NCBI GenBank assembly: GCA_037134915.1
Contig: JBAXLJ010000005.1
Location: forward strand, 1 to 39,553
Length of the DNA stretch: 39,553 bases
Source: Candidatus Falkowbacteria bacterium
GTDB lineage: Bacteria; Patescibacteriota; Patescibacteriia; Patescibacteriales; UBA12465
Direction of reading: 5' to 3'
A program made the position numbers and the translations under genes. This document shows, one piece after another, positions 1-8,989 of the stretch. The notes beneath the pieces were generated by a model. That model was not told the origin of the DNA. It saw nothing but the letters and a program-made list of their open reading frames with translations, and did no database searches. Every line of letters starts with the position of its first letter. Position 1 is the first letter of the stretch.

Positions 1-72
1 CAACTATTAATACAGAGCCAACTATTAATACAGAGCCAACTATTAATACAGAGCCAACTATTAATACAGAGC
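1..72 (+). repeat. Perfect 18-bp tandem repeat x4 (caactattaatacagagc), coding an in-frame TINTEP hexapeptide repeat; cut by the left window edge
   Basis: Read directly: units at 1-18, 19-36, 37-54 and 55-72 are identical, and the array ends at 73 (cccttagg). Frame 3 stays open through the repeat into the 111..2825 ORF. Confidence 0.95.
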
Positions 73-2825
73 CCCTTAGGTTTAATAGTGCTGTTCTGGA
101 ATACGCCAAGATGATGGGCGTCAAATCTGAAGAGCTAGAAAAAAATCAAGAATTTACTAATCTTAATTCAGCTCAACAGGAGTTTGTTCTCGAAGTTTTA
201 AATCGGTCATCTTTAAATAAAATAAAAGTAGAGGCTAATTACAATTTTAATAATGAAAAAGCTTCTAAAAAATGGTGGCAAGTTGGTTTTGCTTTTAATG
301 AAAAATTTCATAAAAAGAAACACGAGGTTCTGGCGGCTAAAAATATCCATGAGCAGGGTTTAGAAGGTTATGGTGAGGCCGAGTTTTCTTGGCTTATAAA
401 TGTCATTAAAAATGGCCCAGAAATAAAAGTTGATCAGGATAACGATGACCAGGTCAGTGTCGACTACTTAATTCCGGAAGCCGGCGATGACGAAAAAAGA
501 CTAGAACTAATAAATATTTATAATAATAATGCTTATTATTTGTCGCAGCATCCTTCTGGAAAAATGAAAGATAATTATTGGGCTAAGGCTTTAAATAGAT
601 CATGCAATGATTTATTGGACTCAGCTAAAGATAATGATGACCAAAATGATTTAGTGGTCAGGTTGATCGAGGCTGAAAGGCAATTGAAGCTTCATCAATT
701 TTTAAGAGCAGATTTTGAATCAGAAAAGGTAATTGAAGATTTGGTTAATAATTCTTTAGGTGGCTGGGATAAATTTAAAATGATTGTTGGGGGTCACAAA
801 GATAAGGCTCAATATGCCGGAATCGGTATGGCCGCTCGAGTCGGGCTTCGAAGTGAAATCGCTACAGCCTTAATTGGTAAAGGTTTTACCTATGCCGTTG
901 GTCCAGCGGTAGCCTCGGTTATGGGTGGCGTCAGGGCTTATAATAAAGCCTATGATAGTCTAGAGGAAAAATCAGAGCTAGCTAAGTTAGGCGTTAAAGA
1001 TGATAGTAAAACCGCGGACAATTTAAATTTAGCAGCTGGCCTTAAAGAGCGTGAGGGAAAAATAATTAATTTTGGTTTAGCGGAGAAATTAGAAACTTTA
1101 TCAGATCGGTATAGCTTATTAGAGACTAAGTTGATTGATTTAAAAAAAGCGGGCGCCCTAGCGCCAGAGTTAGAAGCAGCTCAAAAGGAACTAGATGAAT
1201 TAGGTGAACGCCTCAATCAAAGAATTGAATACACGACTCAAAAAATGGAAGATGATTTGGTTTCTTTTGGCTCACCTTCAGAGAGGGCAGTTAACTATTA
1301 CAAGTTATTAAATTCACTAGAAAATGCTAAATCTCTTATTTTTAACAATTTAAGCATCTTGTATGGCCTTAGAACAGTTACCCCAGAGGTTGATAAAGAA
1401 ATGACCAAACTTACTCGGTCAAACAATGGGAAAAATGCTGAACTATTAACCGAACTTCATAAACTGAGTGTCGAGGATCGTTTAGCTAGTTTTTTAGATT
1501 ATAATGAAACTAAGCGTAAAAGTGCCGAGTTTAAATATTTAGTAACCGAAGCTGGTAAAGGTGCTGTTCTGGGTGCCAGTTTTGCCACGGCCGGCGCTTG
1601 GATTTTTGAACATACTGGTTTAGGGAATTGGACTAGTGCGCAGCTTAATAATTTAATTAAGTTTTCCCATGTTAATGATCTTCAAATCGGTCAAAACTTG
1701 CACTCCGCCTGGGAGGGTACTAAAAATCTATTTTTATCAGATAGCCAAACTGAAGTTTCTGGTGGCGCCGTTAAAAAAGCTGCTCAGGTTGCTAGTGAGA
1801 CTAATTTAGTAAACCATCCGAATGCGGAAATAAAAGCTGAAAGTCTAGCTAATTCTAGTCAGATTCAAGCTGTAGATAGTGAGCCGTCAGTTCAGCCAGA
1901 AACACCAGTTTCAAAAATTCCGCCGGTTGAAAAATCAATTGCGAAGCCAGAAATTTATAGCGATGAGATAAGAAGTGAAAACGGGAAAGGTGATTCGCTT
2001 TGGCGTTCAACTCGAGAAATATTCAAAAATCATTCAGAGGAACTAGGCTATAGTGGCGATGCTAGTGATCAAGTCGCGCTGAATCGTTGGGCGGAAACTC
2101 AGACGGCCAATGCTATTCATAATAGTGGTGAGGTGGAGAATTTGGTTCATGAGGGTAATCGGGTACTTATGTCTCAAGATGAAAATGGCTATAAAATTAG
2201 TGTTGAGCAGGGTGACGGGCTGAAACCGAGTCATTTAAATCCAGAAGTTATAAAAGAAGTGACCCCACCTAAAGTTTCTCAAAATCCTGGTCAAACTCTT
2301 ACGGGATATTCGGAGTTAGCTGTTGCTAGTAAAAATCCGGAATTAGCCAGTCTTAAAAACGCCCCGTTTATTAAGGACGTAGCTAAACTCTTTCATTTAA
2401 AGCCAGAGTCTTTTGAGGTTAGTGGTCAGAATCTAATTTATCGGAGCAGTGAAGGGCGAATTATTCTGGATTCAGCCGCTAAAACCATTAAAGAAGTTTT
2501 TGATGCTAGCAATAAGAGTGTCCCCCAAGAGTTTATTAATGAATTTAAAGGTAGAATGTCAATTGATAAATTCGCACGTCACGGCGGATTAGACAAAGCT
2601 CTTATCTCTTGGAAAAAACTAAGCCCACTGGATAAAAGTGTTTATGAAAGTCTTAAACTAGAACCAGTCAAATTGCTTAAGAAAATAACAGAGCTTTTTG
2701 GTGTTAAAACTGATAATGGTGTTTTTGTTGGTGATAAAAATTTTACTTTAGCTGGTAGCCATCGAAGTTTTGATAAGAATTTTGAGGGTATCAAGAAGCT
2801 GGCAAAATTCTTAGCTCGCAAATAA
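3..2825 (+). CDS. Large hypothetical protein, 5'-partial (at least 940 aa). It has an N-terminal TINTEP repeat tract, predicted coiled-coil stretches and Gly/Ala-rich hydrophobic segments
   Basis: The track ORF starts at ATG 111, but translating 3..110 in the same frame gives (TINTEP)x4-LRFNSAVLEYAK with no stop, so the reading frame enters from outside the window. Hydrophobic segments include GIGMAARVGL...AVGPAVASVMGGV and GAVLGASFATAGAWIF. No family recognised. Confidence 0.75.
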   Translation, partial: TINTEPTINTEPTINTEPTINTEPLRFNSAVLEYAKMMGVKSEELEKNQEFTNLNSAQQEFVLEVLNRSSLNKIKVEANYNFNNEKASKKWWQVGFAFNEKFHKKKHEVLAAKNIHEQGLEGYGEAEFSWLINVIKNGPEIKVDQDNDDQVSVDYLIPEAGDDEKRLELINIYNNNAYYLSQHPSGKMKDNYWAKALNRSCNDLLDSAKDNDDQNDLVVRLIEAERQLKLHQFLRADFESEKVIEDLVNNSLGGWDKFKMIVGGHKDKAQYAGIGMAARVGLRSEIATALIGKGFTYAVGPAVASVMGGVRAYNKAYDSLEEKSELAKLGVKDDSKTADNLNLAAGLKEREGKIINFGLAEKLETLSDRYSLLETKLIDLKKAGALAPELEAAQKELDELGERLNQRIEYTTQKMEDDLVSFGSPSERAVNYYKLLNSLENAKSLIFNNLSILYGLRTVTPEVDKEMTKLTRSNNGKNAELLTELHKLSVEDRLASFLDYNETKRKSAEFKYLVTEAGKGAVLGASFATAGAWIFEHTGLGNWTSAQLNNLIKFSHVNDLQIGQNLHSAWEGTKNLFLSDSQTEVSGGAVKKAAQVASETNLVNHPNAEIKAESLANSSQIQAVDSEPSVQPETPVSKIPPVEKSIAKPEIYSDEIRSENGKGDSLWRSTREIFKNHSEELGYSGDASDQVALNRWAETQTANAIHNSGEVENLVHEGNRVLMSQDENGYKISVEQGDGLKPSHLNPEVIKEVTPPKVSQNPGQTLTGYSELAVASKNPELASLKNAPFIKDVAKLFHLKPESFEVSGQNLIYRSSEGRIILDSAAKTIKEVFDASNKSVPQEFINEFKGRMSIDKFARHGGLDKALISWKKLSPLDKSVYESLKLEPVKLLKKITELFGVKTDNGVFVGDKNFTLAGSHRSFDKNFEGIKKLAKFLARK

Positions 2826-2848
2826 TTTATTCCTTGGAAGTTAAGCAA

Positions 2849-2875
2849 AAAGATCGATTTTTTCGGTCTTTTTTG
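2849..2875 (+). terminator. Rho-independent terminator
   Basis: An 8-bp stem aaagatcg/cggtcttt (one G-U pair) with a 7-nt loop and a T-run, 24 nt after the stop at 2825. Confidence 0.6.
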
Positions 2876-2891
2876 TTAACTAGAAACCTTG

Positions 2892-2920
2892 TTGACAAAA
2901 ACTAGATTTATTGATAAAAT
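2892..2920 (+). promoter_or_regulatory. Sigma70-like promoter: TTGACA-N17-TAAAAT with a TGn extended -10
   Basis: TTGACA at 2892-2897, a 17-nt spacer ending in tga, and TAAAAT at 2915-2920. It lies about 70 nt upstream of ATG 2993. Confidence 0.5.
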
Positions 2921-2992
2921 ATTACGATTATCTATAAGTTGTAGGTAAAGCAATTTAACAATAAAATCAGTAAAAACCAAAAAAATAAGAAA

Positions 2993-4012
2993 ATGAAAAA
3001 ACTGTTTGTTCTATTGGTGTTGACTATGTGCGGTCTAATGACTGCTTTCGGTCAACTTAAAGTAACTAATAACTTTGGCCAAGACCTAAATATTACGGTT
3101 GGCGGTCAAAAAAATTTAGTTAACTACAAAGGTATCAAGACCTTTAAAATCTCTGGTCGAACGGTCTGGTTGGAATGCCAGTCTCTCGATGGAAAAATAA
3201 AGTTTTCCATTTCCAAAGAGGTTTCTAGGCGTGGATTAGTTAGCGTTGAACCGGGAGATTTTAGCCCCCAGGCTCCTAATAAGAGCGCTGAAACCGTGAC
3301 TACAAATGTCTTGCCATCCCAAAGTACCGGAGGCACTGGTTCATTAGCGGCCATTTTAAAAGGCACTAATAAAACTAATGTTGCCGTTACAACGTCGCCG
3401 ACCCCAGTCCCTAATAATGCGGTTAACATCGTATTATCTACAGCAGTCTCCGCCGGTGAACGCATTGCCTTTGTTTATAAAGGAAGTGATCGTTTTAAGA
3501 TTTTCTCAGAAATTGGCCGAGGCTTAGAGTTTAAGGGCGGTGACAGTTTAAATGCCGAAGATAACGCGAAAAATCGTTACGTTCTAAATGTGCCTCGTAA
3601 CCAGGATCTAATTATTGGTCTTGGAATTAAAGAAGGTGAAAATCAAGCCATTTGGCGTTACGCGGAAATTCGTAAACGGGTTAATTCTTGGGATACAGCT
3701 TGTTACATTTATCAGAAGGACATTAAAAAGATGTCGACTTCGGAAAATAAATCCTTGCGTATCCGGTTGATAGCTCAGGAATACAAAATTTTCTTTGAAC
3801 CAGATTCCGGTGAACCGATTTCAATCGGCTATCGCGAAACTTCCAGGTCAATCGATGTTCCGGTCGGGCAATTTTATATTCGGGTGTCTTATACAGACCC
3901 TCGAGGCATGTTCCATCGAACTGTATTTGTGCCTAAACATGTTACAAAAAAAGACCGATACCTAGATATTACAAAAAACGATCTGGACAATTCGGTCCAA
4001 CTTAATTGGTAA
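2993..4012 (+). CDS. Secreted hypothetical protein (339 aa) with an N-terminal signal peptide
   Basis: MKKLFVLLVLTMCGLMTAFG|Q has a signal-peptide layout (basic N-region, hydrophobic core, AFG-Q cleavage-like site). A promoter lies upstream and a strong terminator downstream. No family recognised. Confidence 0.8.
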   Translation: MKKLFVLLVLTMCGLMTAFGQLKVTNNFGQDLNITVGGQKNLVNYKGIKTFKISGRTVWLECQSLDGKIKFSISKEVSRRGLVSVEPGDFSPQAPNKSAETVTTNVLPSQSTGGTGSLAAILKGTNKTNVAVTTSPTPVPNNAVNIVLSTAVSAGERIAFVYKGSDRFKIFSEIGRGLEFKGGDSLNAEDNAKNRYVLNVPRNQDLIIGLGIKEGENQAIWRYAEIRKRVNSWDTACYIYQKDIKKMSTSENKSLRIRLIAQEYKIFFEPDSGEPISIGYRETSRSIDVPVGQFYIRVSYTDPRGMFHRTVFVPKHVTKKDRYLDITKNDLDNSVQLNW

Positions 4013-4022
4013 AATATAATAA

Positions 4023-4057
4023 GGGCCTGCGATACAATTTCGCAGGCCTCTTTTTTT
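4023..4057 (+). terminator. Rho-independent terminator
   Basis: A 9-bp GC-rich stem ggcctgcga/tcgcaggcc with loop tacaatt, followed by c + T7. Confidence 0.85.
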
Positions 4058-4095
4058 ATTCCAGTCCTCTAAAAGGCTTTATTTTAGCCTTTAAA

Positions 4096-4124
4096 TTGAC
4101 CTTTTAAGATTCATCTGATATAAT
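4096..4124 (+). promoter_or_regulatory. Sigma70-like promoter: TTGACC-N17-TATAAT with a TGn extended -10
   Basis: TTGACC at 4096-4101, a 17-nt spacer ending in tga, and TATAAT at 4119-4124. Confidence 0.5.
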
Positions 4125-4176
4125 AATCACATAGGTTTCTGTGGACCTTTTTATTGTTTTTAAGATTTATATTTAT

Positions 4177-4824
4177 ATGATTATAACCTGGCTAGGGCAT
4201 TCATCTTTCAAATTGCAAGATAAAATCGGGGCTGACGGTGTAACACTAATCACTGACCCCTATGATAAGGAAATTGGTCTTAAAATGCCAAATATTGAGG
4301 CTGACATTGTTACGATTTCTCATGATCATCATGATCATAATAATGTGGAAGCTTTACGCGGTAATCCTTTTATAATTGATTGTGCGGGGGAATATGACAC
4401 TAAAGGCGTTTTAGTTGAAGGTATTGATTCTTATCATGATGAAGAAAATGGCAAGCTTCGTGGTGGCAATACTATTTATCGTATTGAAATTGATGATATT
4501 TCAATTGTTCATTTAGGCGATTTGGGCCATGTTTTAGATAATAGCCAACTCGAGAAACTGGTGGGAATTGATATTCTATTAATACCAGTTGGCGGCAAAT
4601 ATACTTTAGACGCACATAAGGCAGTGGAAGTTATTTCTCAAATTGAACCTAGAATTGTTATCCCGATGCACTATCAAACCGAAGGTTTAACAGTCGAAGG
4701 TTTAGATCCAGTTGAAAAATTTATTAAAGAATTAGGAATTGAGCCCAGTCGGGAAGAGAAGTTAAAAATTACTAAAAAAGAGCTGCCACAAGAAGATATG
4801 GAGCTCGTTATCTTAAGTTTTTAA
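4177..4824 (+). CDS. MBL-fold metal-dependent hydrolase (UPF0173/YtkL-like)
   Basis: MIITWLGHSSFKL... followed by the HDHHDH metal-binding motif (SHDHHDHNN) and later HLGDLGH. The track ORF starts at GTG 4141; ATG 4177 matches the usual family N-terminus (M-x-I-T-W-L-G-H). Confidence 0.85.
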   Translation: MIITWLGHSSFKLQDKIGADGVTLITDPYDKEIGLKMPNIEADIVTISHDHHDHNNVEALRGNPFIIDCAGEYDTKGVLVEGIDSYHDEENGKLRGGNTIYRIEIDDISIVHLGDLGHVLDNSQLEKLVGIDILLIPVGGKYTLDAHKAVEVISQIEPRIVIPMHYQTEGLTVEGLDPVEKFIKELGIEPSREEKLKITKKELPQEDMELVILSF

Positions 4825-4844
4825 AAAAAATAAAATAGAAAATT

Positions 4845-5450
4845 ATGATGTTACACCCTAAAAAAGAAAAAACCTTCGTTATCCTTAAGCCAGACGCTGT
4901 CCAACGCGGATTAATGGGGGAAATTATTAAACGTTTTGAAAGCGTCGGTCTTAAAATGGTGGCTCTTAAAATGATAATTGCCACTGAACAACAGTGCTGG
5001 GATCATTATAATAAAGATGAGGCTTGGTTTCTAAAAAAAGGGGCCAATATTATTAAAAATCGTCAGGATTTAGGTATGCCAGTTGAGAAAGAGGCACTTG
5101 AATATGGTAAAGACATTATTAGAGCTTTGGCTAAGTTTATGACCTCAGGTCCAATTGTACCAATTATTTTTGAAGGCAATCAGGCAGTCGGGATTGTTAA
5201 AAAAATTGTTGGCGGCACTGAACCTTTGACTTCTGATGTAGGAACGATTCGTGGTGATTATACGGTTGATTCTTATGAGCTCTCAAGTTACGATGATCGC
5301 GCCGTTCGTAATCTGATCCATTGTTCCGATCAAACAGATGAAGCTGAAAGAGAAATTAAAATCTGGTTTAATGAATCAGAAATTTTAAATTATAGATTAG
5401 TGGCCGAAGGAATTCTTTATGATGTTAATTTGGATGGCGTTACTGAATAA
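4845..5450 (+). CDS. ndk: Nucleoside diphosphate kinase, long form (201 aa)
   Basis: NDK signatures are present: FVILKPDAVQRGLMGEIIKRFE, FMTSGPIVPIIFEG, GTIRGDY, and the catalytic His in NLIHCSD (usually HGSD). Extra segments make it longer than the roughly 140-150 aa canonical enzymes. Confidence 0.85.
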   Translation: MMLHPKKEKTFVILKPDAVQRGLMGEIIKRFESVGLKMVALKMIIATEQQCWDHYNKDEAWFLKKGANIIKNRQDLGMPVEKEALEYGKDIIRALAKFMTSGPIVPIIFEGNQAVGIVKKIVGGTEPLTSDVGTIRGDYTVDSYELSSYDDRAVRNLIHCSDQTDEAEREIKIWFNESEILNYRLVAEGILYDVNLDGVTE

Positions 5451-5453
5451 ATT

Positions 5454-5927
5454 ATGAACCCAGACGGACAAGAATTTAAAAAACTGCTCCTAGTTAGATT
5501 TAGTCTGATTTTTATTGTGGCGGTAATTTTCTTTTTGTGGCTAGCTAACTTGCGCGGTGTTTTTGAAAGTCAAAAAATTAGCAATGATATTACTTGGCAA
5601 AAAATTGGCAGTGATTTGAACAAATCTTTTTCGGATGTCGAAAACACTTTTAGCGCCACTGCCAGTTCATCAGATACTTCCTTTGTTAAAGATTTATTGG
5701 ACAAGGCTAGTAGTACCGCAATTTCGTCTATTTCTACCACTACGGCTGCCGCCCAACTTAAACAAGAGTTATTCAATTTAACTAAAATCGCCACCTCAAC
5801 TGCGGCTACTAGCTCGCCAAAAATTATCAATTGTCCGCCATATATAAATTGTATGCCGTCGATTGGCGCCCCTAGACCTTGCGTGGTGCCCGTTGGTTGT
5901 GAAAAAATTACTCAAATTGCTTATTAA
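5454..5927 (+). CDS. Membrane-anchored hypothetical protein (157 aa): N-terminal TM helix, Ser/Thr/Ala-rich linker, C-terminal 4-Cys motif
   Basis: LLLVRFSLIFIVAVIFFLWLA looks like a TM helix. The low-complexity S/T/A region is followed by CPPYINCMPSIGAPRPCVVPVGC. The gene is tightly packed between ndk and gyrA (3-nt and 13-nt gaps). Confidence 0.6.
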   Translation: MNPDGQEFKKLLLVRFSLIFIVAVIFFLWLANLRGVFESQKISNDITWQKIGSDLNKSFSDVENTFSATASSSDTSFVKDLLDKASSTAISSISTTTAAAQLKQELFNLTKIATSTAATSSPKIINCPPYINCMPSIGAPRPCVVPVGCEKITQIAY

Positions 5928-5940
5928 ATATTAGAAGTTT

Positions 5941-8439
5941 ATGTCTAACGAGACTGAAAAGCCGGAAAAATTAGAAAATATCCGCAAACAAACTGAATTT
6001 GGTACTGTTGAGGAGCAGCCCATCGTTGATGAGATGAGCCGTTCTTATTTGGAATATGCCATGAGCGTTATCGTGTCTCGGGCTCTGCCTGATGTTCGTG
6101 ATGGTATGAAGCCGGTTCACCGCCGTATTTTATATGCGATGTGGGACATTGGTCTTCGGGCAAATGGTAAATTCAGAAAATCAGCGACGGTCGTCGGTGA
6201 AGTTTTGGGTCACTACCATCCTCACGGCGATAGTGCGGTTTACGATTCAATGGTTCGCCTGGCTCAGGATTTTTCGATGCGTTATCCTTTAGTTCGTGGT
6301 CAAGGAAACTTTGGCTCCATGGACGGTGATAGTGCGGCGGCCATGCGTTATACCGAAGCAAAACTCGCCGGTATTGCTGAAGAAATGTTATTTGATATTG
6401 ATAAAGATACCGTTGATTTTATTCCTAACTTTGATGGTTCATGCAAGGAACCAAGAGTTCTACCAGCCAAACTACCAAACTTATTACTAAACGGAACCAT
6501 GGGTATCGCGGTTGGTATGTCGACCAATATTCCGCCTCACAATTTAAGGGAGTTATCGGGCGCAATTATTCATTTGCTCGATAATCCAGAAGCGAGTATT
6601 GAAGATTTAATGGAGTTTGTTAAAGGGCCAGATTTTCCAACCGGTGGTATTATTTATAATAAAAAAGATATTTTAACCGCTTACGCCACTGGTAAAGGTG
6701 GAATTGTGATGAGAGGTAAGGCTGATATTCAAGAAAACAAAAATGGTTTTCAAATTATTATTTCCGAAATTCCTTATCAAGTTAATAAGGCAGATTTAGT
6801 GGAAAAGATTGCTGACTTAGTTAAAGACAAAAAAATAGATGGAATTAAAGCTTTGCGCGATGAGTCCGATCGCGATGGTGTTCGCGTGGTTATTGAAATG
6901 AAGAAAGAGGCTTACCCTAAAAAGATTTTAAACGCTTTATATAAACACACCTCACTGCAAACCACCTTCCACTTAAACATGTTAGCTCTGGTTGATGGCG
7001 GTATTCAGCCCAAAGTTTTAACCTTAAAGATGATTTTGGAAGAATATATTAAACATCGTGAGGAAGTGGTTAAGCGCCGTACTCAGTACGAACTTAATAA
7101 AGCTTTAGATCGGGCGCATATTTTAGAAGGCTTAATGATTGCCCTTAAAAATATTGATGAAGTGATTAAAACTATTAAAGCCTCAAAAGATAAGGAGGCG
7201 GCTAAGCAGAGTTTAATCAAGAAATTTAAATTATCTGAGCGTCAGGCGGTGGCTATTTTGGAAATGCGTTTGCAGAATTTAGCCAACTTGGAACAACAGA
7301 AAATTGAAGATGAACTAAAAGAAAAGAAAAAGCTGATTTCCGAACTGGAAACCCTACTTGCTTCATTAACTAAGATTCGAGCCCTAATTAAAGATGAACT
7401 TGTTGCTCTAACTGAAAAATTCGGCGACGAAAGACGCACGGAAATCGTTTCTCATGGCATTAAAGAATTTAACATGGAAGATTTAGTGCCAAATGAAGAA
7501 GCGATTGTGATGATGACGCGCGATGGTTATATCAAACGCACGGAACCGGATACTTTTAAAGTTCAGGCTCGAGGCGGTAAAGGAATCATCGGCTTAACCA
7601 CCAAAGAAGAAGACTCTGTTCTGTTTATGTTTACCACGCTTACCCATAATGATATTTTATTCTTTACCACTAAGGGGCGCGTGTTCCAACTTAAAGCTTA
7701 TGAAATTCCGCAGGCTTCCCGTATCGCTAAAGGCACCCCAATTGTCAATTTCTTGCAGCTTACCGGCGGTGAACAAGTGACTTCAATTTTACCACTAGAT
7801 AAAATATCAACCAGCCGTTATTTATTCTTCGCCACGGAAAAAGGCTTGGTTAAGAAAGTTGATGTCAGCGCCTTTGCTAATGTCAGACGCAGCGGACTGA
7901 TGGCAATTAAGATTAAGGAGGATGATAAATTAATCTGGGCTAAACCAACTTCTGGTAGCGACCACATTCATTTAGTCACCGCACAAGGCCAGGCCATTCG
8001 CTTTAAGGAAACCGACGTCCGTGATATGGGACGAAATGCCTCAGGTGTTAATGGTGTAAGACTTCATAAGAATGATCGTTTAATCGGTATGGGTGTGGCT
8101 AAAACTGATAAGGATAAGATTAGAAAATATCAGATTCTAACTATCATGGCTCGTGGTTACGGTAAGCGAACTGATTTTAGTTTATACAAAGTTCAAGGCC
8201 GTGGCGGCTCGGGTATTAAAACAGCCAAGATTACCGACAAGACCGGCGAAATCACTAACGCCTTCTTACTTAATTCAGAAAGCATGGAAGATCGCGATAT
8301 TGTCATTATCTCTGACAACGGTCAGGTGATTCGCGTTCCATTTAAGTCAGTAAGCGTTTTGGGTCGTGATACCCAGGGCGTTAAGATTATGAGGTTTAAG
8401 GCGGATGATGACCGGGTGGCCAGTGTTACCTGGGCTTAA
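5941..8439 (+). CDS. gyrA: DNA gyrase subunit A
   Basis: Full-length GyrA (832 aa) with [27 protein letters not shown], the AAMRYTE catalytic-Tyr motif, and C-terminal beta-pinwheel repeats. Confidence 0.97.
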   Translation: MSNETEKPEKLENIRKQTEFGTVEEQPIVDEMSRSYLEYAMSVIVSRALPDVRDGMKPVHRRILYAMWDIGLRANGKFRKSATVVGEVLGHYHPHGDSAVYDSMVRLAQDFSMRYPLVRGQGNFGSMDGDSAAAMRYTEAKLAGIAEEMLFDIDKDTVDFIPNFDGSCKEPRVLPAKLPNLLLNGTMGIAVGMSTNIPPHNLRELSGAIIHLLDNPEASIEDLMEFVKGPDFPTGGIIYNKKDILTAYATGKGGIVMRGKADIQENKNGFQIIISEIPYQVNKADLVEKIADLVKDKKIDGIKALRDESDRDGVRVVIEMKKEAYPKKILNALYKHTSLQTTFHLNMLALVDGGIQPKVLTLKMILEEYIKHREEVVKRRTQYELNKALDRAHILEGLMIALKNIDEVIKTIKASKDKEAAKQSLIKKFKLSERQAVAILEMRLQNLANLEQQKIEDELKEKKKLISELETLLASLTKIRALIKDELVALTEKFGDERRTEIVSHGIKEFNMEDLVPNEEAIVMMTRDGYIKRTEPDTFKVQARGGKGIIGLTTKEEDSVLFMFTTLTHNDILFFTTKGRVFQLKAYEIPQASRIAKGTPIVNFLQLTGGEQVTSILPLDKISTSRYLFFATEKGLVKKVDVSAFANVRRSGLMAIKIKEDDKLIWAKPTSGSDHIHLVTAQGQAIRFKETDVRDMGRNASGVNGVRLHKNDRLIGMGVAKTDKDKIRKYQILTIMARGYGKRTDFSLYKVQGRGGSGIKTAKITDKTGEITNAFLLNSESMEDRDIVIISDNGQVIRVPFKSVSVLGRDTQGVKIMRFKADDDRVASVTWA

Positions 8440-8466
8440 ATTTATAGATAAATAAAAAATGATATG

Positions 8467-8500
8467 AAAAAAGCTGGCTCATTGTGAGTCAGCTTTTTTT
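8467..8500. terminator. Bidirectional rho-independent terminator between gyrA (+) and the 8548..8856 gene (-)
   Basis: A 9-bp stem agctggctc/gagtcagct (one G-U pair) flanked by an A-run on the left and a T-run on the right. Confidence 0.8.
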
Positions 8501-8547
8501 GCCGCTTTTTTGGCTGGCGTTTCTTCATGTGTCCTCCTTTCCTCTTT

Positions 8548-8856
8548 TTAGTTTTGGTTTAATAAAAATAATGATATTACCAGAATAATTGTAGCAATAA
8601 AGTAAGCCCATTTAGAAATAAATTTTCTTTCGGTTTTTTCTTTCAACAACTTTCTGGTGTCAATCGCCAGAAAGATATTTAAAACTATGGTTGCCGAAAA
8701 TAGTAACTCTAAGCCGATAAAGGAACTACTGGTTATTTTAAAATGAAAATAAGTGGCAATAGTAGCCACTATGTCGATAAGTAGTAGCAGAAAAAAAGCT
8801 GAAGACCAAAAGAGGGTTTGTCCGGTCATCACGAAGATTTCTTTCACATTTTTCAT
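8548..8856 (-). CDS. Small integral membrane protein (102 aa, about 3 TM helices), hypothetical
   Basis: Three hydrophobic stretches: TLFWSSAFFLLLLIDIVATIATYF, GLELLFSATIVLNIFLAI and AYFIATIILVISLFLL. It is convergent with gyrA across a shared terminator. Confidence 0.55.
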   Translation of the reverse strand: MKNVKEIFVMTGQTLFWSSAFFLLLLIDIVATIATYFHFKITSSSFIGLELLFSATIVLNIFLAIDTRKLLKEKTERKFISKWAYFIATIILVISLFLLNQN

Positions 8857-8883
8857 ATGATTATTTTTTGGTTGTTAATAAAC

Positions 8884-8912
8884 TTGATAAGTTAATTACA
8901 CTACATTATAAA
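8884..8912 (+). promoter_or_regulatory. Candidate promoter: TTGATA-N17-TATAAA
   Basis: TTGATA at 8884-8889, a 17-nt spacer, and TATAAA at 8907-8912, in the divergent intergenic region upstream of rmuC. The AT-rich background makes chance matches likely. Confidence 0.35.
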
Positions 8913-8989
8913 GTTGATGTCAATATGCCATAATAAGTCTAAAAGAGATATAATATAATTAACTATTAATTAAATTTTTTACATATTCT

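Noticed and set aside
1-72. Considered whether the 18-bp repeat array was a CRISPR-like or regulatory repeat
   Set aside because: The units are directly adjacent with no spacers, 18 bp is a multiple of 3, and the array lies in an open frame continuous with the downstream gene. It is a coding tandem repeat.
4141-4176. Upstream alternative starts: GTG 4141 (MBL hydrolase), GTG 14195 (M16 peptidase), GTG 15513 (helicase), GTG 24338 (S21) and TTG 28855 (giant protein)
   Set aside because: In each case a nearby in-frame ATG gives an N-terminus matching the family consensus or the beginning of the signal peptide, and avoids odd hydrophobic or overlapping extensions. The upstream starts cannot be strictly excluded without ribosome-profiling or N-terminal proteomics data.
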